A DNA stretch of 64,000 bases, taken from Candidatus Iainarchaeum sp. (GTDB lineage: Archaea; B1Sed10-29; WALL01). Positions 58,797-64,000 of the stretch are shown piece by piece. The translations under genes and the position numbers were made by a program. The notes beneath the pieces were generated by a model that was not told where the DNA came from, made no database searches, and saw only the letters and a program-made list of their open reading frames with translations. Each line of letters starts with the position of its first letter. Within the stretch, counting starts at the first letter, position 1. Location of the stretch: the NCBI GenBank assembly GCA_023129115.1, contig JAGMCR010000002.1, positions 78,753 through 142,752 on the forward strand, given 5' to 3'.

Positions 58797-59624
58797 ATGA
58801 GGCTGGTCCTGCTTTCAATCCTGCTGCTCGCCCTCTTGGCGGGCTGCGTCGAAGAAACAGAGCTGGTGCACTACGCGTGCGCCGCGGGGGCCACGTGCAG
58901 GCAGAACTCAACCCACGTCGCGGACTGCCCGCCCGGCACCACCAAGCTTGCCGTGACCAGCCGCACGATACGCTGTGCCGAAGCAACACCGGGAGCAAAC
59001 GGAGGTGCAGAATCGGGGGGTATCGCCGATTCTGGCGATACCCCCCCAGGGGAGTCAGCCGCGGATACTGGCGATACCCCCCAAGGGGAGGCCACGGCAA
59101 CCCCCACAGCAGATGACGAGCTAGGCGTAAGCGAATGGATTCCAGAAGGTGATGAAATGAACCGATTTGCCATAATTGAGACGAGCATGGGCACGATGAA
59201 GCTCGAGCTCTACGAGCAGCGCGCCCCGAAGACGACGAAGAACTTTATCGACCTCGCCCAAAAAGGCTTTTACGACGGGCTCGTGTTCCACCGCGTCATC
59301 AAAGACTTTATGGTCCAAACTGGCGACCCCAATGGCGACGGCACCGGCGGCCCGGGCTACAAGATTGACGACGAGTTCCACGCCGAGCTAAAGCACGACG
59401 CCAAAGGCGTGCTCTCAATGGCGAACGCCGGCCCCAACACAGGTGGCTCACAGTTCTTCATCACCCTCGCCCCCACGCCGTGGCTCGACAACCACCACGC
59501 AGTCTTCGGCGCGGTCGTCGAGGGAATGGACGTGCTCGACGCGATTGGCGCGGTCGAGACAGGCGCGAACGACACGCCTGTCGAGCCGGTGACAATGACA
59601 ACGGTCACGATTGCCGAGGCCTAG
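58797..59624 (+). CDS. Cyclophilin-type peptidyl-prolyl isomerase, lipoprotein-anchored
   Basis: [32 protein letters not shown]; lipobox LAGC. Confidence 0.93.
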   Translation: MRLVLLSILLLALLAGCVEETELVHYACAAGATCRQNSTHVADCPPGTTKLAVTSRTIRCAEATPGANGGAESGGIADSGDTPPGESAADTGDTPQGEATATPTADDELGVSEWIPEGDEMNRFAIIETSMGTMKLELYEQRAPKTTKNFIDLAQKGFYDGLVFHRVIKDFMVQTGDPNGDGTGGPGYKIDDEFHAELKHDAKGVLSMANAGPNTGGSQFFITLAPTPWLDNHHAVFGAVVEGMDVLDAIGAVETGANDTPVEPVTMTTVTIAEA

Positions 59625-59665
59625 GAGCCGAAACCCTTTTTTACTACCACGCAGTAGCGCTAGTC

Positions 59666-60478
59666 ATGCGAAAAGTCCTCATCGTAAAAGCGTCGGGAGA
59701 AGTCGAGGCATTCGACCCGTCAAAAGTGCATCACGCGCTCATGCGTGCGGGCGCAGGCGAAGACATCGCAGACAAAATCGTGAAAAACATTGCTTCCCGC
59801 GTCAGGCCAGGCATGACCACCAAAAAAATCTTTGCCATGACGTTCAAGCTCCTGAACAAGGAGCGGCCAGCCCTCGCGAGCAGGTTCGACCTCAAGCAGG
59901 CAATGTTCCGCCTCGGCCCCGCGGGGTACGCGTTTGAGCAATACACTTCCGCACTCTTTACTATAATGGGCTATGAGTGCCAGACCGGCCAAATCCTCCA
60001 CGGCCGTTGCGTCAAGCACGAGGTCGACGTCGTCGCGATGAAGCCGGGCGAGCGCGCGATGGTGGAGTGCAAGTTCCACAACCGCCCCGGCGTGCGGTGC
60101 CACGTGCAGACCGGGCTCTACACTTTTGCGCGGTTCCTGGACCTCACAGAGGGAAAGGAAAAGTTTACCGAGCCGTGGCTCGTCACCAACACGAAATTCA
60201 CCGGCGACTTGATTGACTACTCACAGTGCCGCGGGCTGAAGCTCTTGGGCTGGAACTATCCAGTGAAGGGCAGCCTCGAGGAACTAATCGACAGGCAAAA
60301 GCTTTACCCGGTGACCATCCTCCAGTCACTCGACAGCCTTAGCCGCGAGCGGTTGCTGAAGGCAAACATTGTTACAATCAAGCAATTGCGTGGGCTCAGT
60401 GAAGCCAAGCTGAAGTCATGCGCCAAGATGTCCGCAAGAAAAGCAAAAGAGCTGAAGCAAGAGGCCTCCCGGCTATAG
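59666..60478 (+). CDS. ATP-cone + Mrr-like PD-(D/E)xK nuclease-fold protein
   Basis: IVKASGEVEAFDPSK cone; FEQY, HEVDVVA, VECKFH, VTNTKFT. Confidence 0.85.
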   Translation: MRKVLIVKASGEVEAFDPSKVHHALMRAGAGEDIADKIVKNIASRVRPGMTTKKIFAMTFKLLNKERPALASRFDLKQAMFRLGPAGYAFEQYTSALFTIMGYECQTGQILHGRCVKHEVDVVAMKPGERAMVECKFHNRPGVRCHVQTGLYTFARFLDLTEGKEKFTEPWLVTNTKFTGDLIDYSQCRGLKLLGWNYPVKGSLEELIDRQKLYPVTILQSLDSLSRERLLKANIVTIKQLRGLSEAKLKSCAKMSARKAKELKQEASRL

Positions 60479-60550
60479 TTATTAATCGCTATTGAGCAAG
60501 TATAAGTGAGCCATGTGTCTGACGGATTATCCCCAAAGGGCAAGCGGGTT

Positions 60551-62485
60551 ATGCCCCCGAAGGGCAAGAGGGCGAGCGCGCATAGTGTCTACGAGTACGT
60601 CCTGGCCAACGCAAAGATTGTTGAGATGCCTGTCCCGGAGCTGCAAAAGCTTGCGAGGAAGCAGTCGCATCGCCCGCTGTCGGTCGCCGAGATAAAAAAG
60701 ATGGCGTCCAAGAGCGAGCGGTACAAGTGGGCGCGCCACCCCGAGACGAGCCCGGACGGCGACGGGCGCGGGAACTACTACTATTACGCGCAGCCCCCGG
60801 CGCGCTCGAGGGGGCAGGTCATGCACGAGGGATTCCCAACGCTTGACTCCGACCCCAACGTCCAGAGGCAGGTGGCGAACACGCTGAAGATTGCGTGGGA
60901 CCCGACCGAGCACCGCTTCGGCCCGCGCGAGCTCAGGGACAGGGCGGAGCACGAGCTGGACTACCTGCTGAGGGAATTCGCCGAAGTCGCCCGGAAGCAG
61001 GTGTGGATTCGCGTCAGTGCAAGGTACGGGGACCACCCCAGCAATTACTACATAGCCGAAGTCCTCGTGCCGAAGCAGTACGCGTACATCGCGTTCAACT
61101 CGAGCAGGATTCACTTCGACCTCACCAAAGAAGAAAAGAAGCGCCCTGCACAGCAGCGTGTCCTCCTTATGCCGGAGTTCAAGACGCGGTTCGTGCTGCA
61201 CGGCAGCAATGTCGAGAAGGGCCTGCCGACGACGAGCATTGCCTCGGACGTGATTTACTTCGGCGAAAAGAAGAAGGCGGACAAGACGCAGCTCGGGGAG
61301 AGGTTCACCCAGGAGACGGGCTACCCATCAATGCACGTCGGCACGAGACTGACTTACCTGAAGGAGGGGGGGAAGTTCAGGAAAAGCCTGGACATTTTCA
61401 ATGCGGTCAGCCTCGGCGGCAAGACCGCGCACTCGACGGACGACCTGGACGACCTGCTTGTGGAAGGCGAGTGGGCCGGCCTCTTCGGGGACGACATCCT
61501 CCTGGCGCACGCCAAATACTTCATCCAGCCCGAGCGCGGCATGTACTACTCGCTAATAGGGCTGACGTCCAAAGAAGACGCGGAATTGTTCGATGGCAGG
61601 GGAAGGTTTTTCGAAAACGTCCCCACCAGGCGCGGCAGGCCGACGCGGGCCGCGGAGGACGCGGTGTGGCACAAGAACATGCGCTGCCTCGTGGACAGGG
61701 TGGACATTCCCGGGACGGTCGATGAGGCGCACATAAAGGCCGAGGGCCTTGACGAGGCCAACTTCTTTGTGATGACGAGGAACAGCCACCTGCCGCCGCT
61801 GATGCGCACGGGCGACGTGGACCAGTGGCTCACGCACTTTGTGCTGGGCGAGACGAAGACCACTGCCGCCGAAGTCGGCGGCGCGCCCGGCAGGGACACG
61901 AACGAGCCATTGAACGACCCGTTCATCCCCGCCGGCAGAATAGGCGACAGGATTAATGCGACGCGCCGCCTAATCAACGACCTGAAGAAAAAGGGCATCA
62001 AGGTCAACCTGTACGTCACAAACAACTCCAGTGTCTATGGCGAGGACCACGACGTCACGCTTGACATGTCGCGGAAGCTCTTCCTCGAGGCAAAGCGCGG
62101 CGGGGGCGAGTGGAAGCACAACAAGGACTTGCACATGGAGGTCATGGTCGGGTCGGAATATATAAAGGGCCTTTATGACTATATGCCGTGGAAGATTGTC
62201 GGCAAGCAAGAGTTCCAGTCCGATTTGCAGAGCCTTGACCGGCACCGCCTTGGCGTGCTCGCGAGGCTCATGATACGGAATGGGTTCCTCGACAAGAAGC
62301 TGGCGCTTGACGGCAAGACGCCCGTGGCAAAGAATTTCAAGCGCCGCGTGCTCAACGCGGTGAAGAAGAGCACGCACGAGACCAGGGAGCGGCTGCATAG
62401 GCACAAGACGCGCAAGGGCAAGTGGAACGAGTTTTCCGATGCCATGGTCGTTGACGTCGTGGAGACGGGGCCAATGGAAAAGTGA
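60551..62485 (+). CDS. Divergent ATP-dependent PEP carboxykinase-like protein
   Basis: YFGEKKK, SMH, SLGGKT, GDD, ERGMY, ENV, NMR, F..G and PF motifs in PEPCK order; start uncertain. Confidence 0.7.
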   Translation: MPPKGKRASAHSVYEYVLANAKIVEMPVPELQKLARKQSHRPLSVAEIKKMASKSERYKWARHPETSPDGDGRGNYYYYAQPPARSRGQVMHEGFPTLDSDPNVQRQVANTLKIAWDPTEHRFGPRELRDRAEHELDYLLREFAEVARKQVWIRVSARYGDHPSNYYIAEVLVPKQYAYIAFNSSRIHFDLTKEEKKRPAQQRVLLMPEFKTRFVLHGSNVEKGLPTTSIASDVIYFGEKKKADKTQLGERFTQETGYPSMHVGTRLTYLKEGGKFRKSLDIFNAVSLGGKTAHSTDDLDDLLVEGEWAGLFGDDILLAHAKYFIQPERGMYYSLIGLTSKEDAELFDGRGRFFENVPTRRGRPTRAAEDAVWHKNMRCLVDRVDIPGTVDEAHIKAEGLDEANFFVMTRNSHLPPLMRTGDVDQWLTHFVLGETKTTAAEVGGAPGRDTNEPLNDPFIPAGRIGDRINATRRLINDLKKKGIKVNLYVTNNSSVYGEDHDVTLDMSRKLFLEAKRGGGEWKHNKDLHMEVMVGSEYIKGLYDYMPWKIVGKQEFQSDLQSLDRHRLGVLARLMIRNGFLDKKLALDGKTPVAKNFKRRVLNAVKKSTHETRERLHRHKTRKGKWNEFSDAMVVDVVETGPMEK

Positions 62486-63123
62486 TTGCAATGGACAAAA
62501 AAGAATACATAACTCTGGCGCTCGTCGCGGCAATGTTCGTGTCGGCAATTGTTTTACTGCCCGGTATGCCCGACAAAGTCCCCATGCACTGGAACGCCGA
62601 GGGGCAAGTAGACGGATACGGCGACCCGTGGACAGTGTTCATCACCCCCATCGCCGCGCTCTTCGTATATGGCATGTTCTTCGCGATACCGAAAATCGCG
62701 GTCAGGAAAAAGAACGTGCTCGACTTCTACGAAAAGCACGGGTTCGGGTTCCGCTTCGTGTTCATCGCGTTCATGGCGGCCATCCACGCGGTCATCCTCT
62801 TGTCGGCGCTCGGCACCAGGGTCGAGATGAACTTCGTCATGCCCTTCATGCTCGGCGGCCTCTTCATCTACCTCGGCTACATAATGCCGGACGTCAAGCG
62901 CAACTACTTCATCGGCTTCCGCACGCCGTGGGCACTCGCCGACGACAGGGTGTGGAAAAAGACGCACGAGTTCGGCGGCAAGGCCTTCATGATTAGTGGG
63001 GCGGCCTTCCTGCTCTGGGGCCTGGTAGGCGGCTCAATGCTCGCCCCAATGGCCATCCTGCTCTTCCTCGTCCTCGCAGTGGTGGCCTATTCGTACAAGG
63101 AGTACAAAAAAAAGCACAAGTGA
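62482..63123 (+). CDS. SdpI/DUF1648 family membrane protein
   Basis: VPMHWNAEGQVDGYG; NYFIGFRTPWAL..VWKKTH. Confidence 0.9.
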   Translation: MIAMDKKEYITLALVAAMFVSAIVLLPGMPDKVPMHWNAEGQVDGYGDPWTVFITPIAALFVYGMFFAIPKIAVRKKNVLDFYEKHGFGFRFVFIAFMAAIHAVILLSALGTRVEMNFVMPFMLGGLFIYLGYIMPDVKRNYFIGFRTPWALADDRVWKKTHEFGGKAFMISGAAFLLWGLVGGSMLAPMAILLFLVLAVVAYSYKEYKKKHK

Positions 63124-63129
63124 TGCATT

Positions 63130-63828
63130 ATGCCGTGGGAATGGTCTGACAGCGAAAAAGCCCTTTACTTCATGGGCGAAAAGCTCACTCCAGAGATACG
63201 CTCGCTCGAGGACATGCGGCCCGTGCTGCACGACCCCAGCGCCACCGGGCCGGAAGAGGCTTACTACATGTACCGCAGCGTGCACCTCCCCGAGCACACC
63301 GCACTGATGGAGGAGCACAATGTGCGCTACGACATAACAGTCATCCCCCCCGCGGTCTACGGCGTCGAGTTCACCAAGACCAAAGGCCACTTCCATCCGC
63401 TGAAGGGCGAGCACACTTACACAGAAATCTACGAAGTCATCGAGGGCGAGGCACACTATCTTTTTCAGGACCAGGAAAAAGTTTTGGTCTACCGCGCGGA
63501 CAAAGGAGACAAAGTTATTGTCCCCCCCGACTTCGGCCACGTTACAATTAACCCGTCAAACAAAACACTCGTCATGTCAAACTTTGTTTCACCAGAATTT
63601 TCTGCCGACTACGGCCCGTTCGTCGAAAAACAAGGCGCCGCATACTACGAGCTCACCACTGGGTGGGTCGAAAACCCCCACTACACGGGCTTTTCCATGG
63701 CATTTGCAGAGCCGGGAGAGCAAAACTGCCCGTTCTACACGAAACAAAAAACAATGTACGAAATGTTTTGTGAAGAACCAAAACTGTTCTCTTTCTTGAA
63801 TAATCCCGGTTTTTACGCAAAACAATAG
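63130..63828 (+). CDS. Cupin-type glucose-6-phosphate isomerase family protein
   Basis: YYMYR, RYDITVI, KTKGHFH, EIYEV, VPPDFGHVTIN. Confidence 0.88.
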   Translation: MPWEWSDSEKALYFMGEKLTPEIRSLEDMRPVLHDPSATGPEEAYYMYRSVHLPEHTALMEEHNVRYDITVIPPAVYGVEFTKTKGHFHPLKGEHTYTEIYEVIEGEAHYLFQDQEKVLVYRADKGDKVIVPPDFGHVTINPSNKTLVMSNFVSPEFSADYGPFVEKQGAAYYELTTGWVENPHYTGFSMAFAEPGEQNCPFYTKQKTMYEMFCEEPKLFSFLNNPGFYAKQ

Positions 63829-63891
63829 AAACATTTATATACTGACCATCGGATAATTTGGTTTAAGTAATTATTATAGGAGGTATGTGTA

Positions 63892-64000
63892 ATGGCAGCA
63901 AGGAAAACAACTCGGAGGAAAACCGCAACGCGCAAGAAGACAACCAAGCGCAAGACAACCAGGAAGACAACCACGAAGCGCAAGACAACCAAGCGCAAGA
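63892..64000 (+). CDS. Histone H1-like Lys/Arg/Thr-rich protein (3'-truncated)
   Basis: GGAGGT SD; MAARKTTRRKTATRKKTTKRKTTRKTTTKRKTTKRK. Confidence 0.65.
   Translation, partial: MAARKTTRRKTATRKKTTKRKTTRKTTTKRKTTKRK

Overview
Archaeal chromosomal DNA, probably a DPANN-type lineage (inference from TATA-box promoters, an intron-containing tRNA, a split GMP synthase and a cupin-type PGI). Left part (1 to ~25.4 kb): an accessory region starting with a tyrosine integrase. It carries unrelated single genes and operons, including a subtilase, a TFB-like fragment, a PadR/desaturase/CrtC/UbiA operon, an AAA14 ATPase, a DNase I-like nuclease, an S9 peptidase, an AbiE pair and a PIN pair. These are separated by about a dozen same-strand copies of CCCTCCCG(A/G)GGCT. 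The longest copies read GAATCCCTCCC(G/A)AGGCT(CCA), i.e. a tRNA 3' end (Thr or Cys type; the gene itself is not in the window). The cores are flanked by recurring end modules: imperfect terminal inverted repeats and hairpins with compensatory changes. The same modules recur behind tRNA-Leu(CAA) at 35.8-37.2 kb, there punctuated by copies of the tRNA-Leu 3' end. This tRNA-end-anchored tandem cassette array (integron- or casposon-like) is the main candidate novel system. The rest is mostly housekeeping or surface genes: ZIP transporters, UDG, an Fe-S/NifB-X operon, carAB, cyclophilin, a PEPCK-like gene, PGI and many lipoproteins. One lipoprotein has a mirror-symmetric 28-Cys ladder. All calls come from reading motifs by eye; no searches were run.
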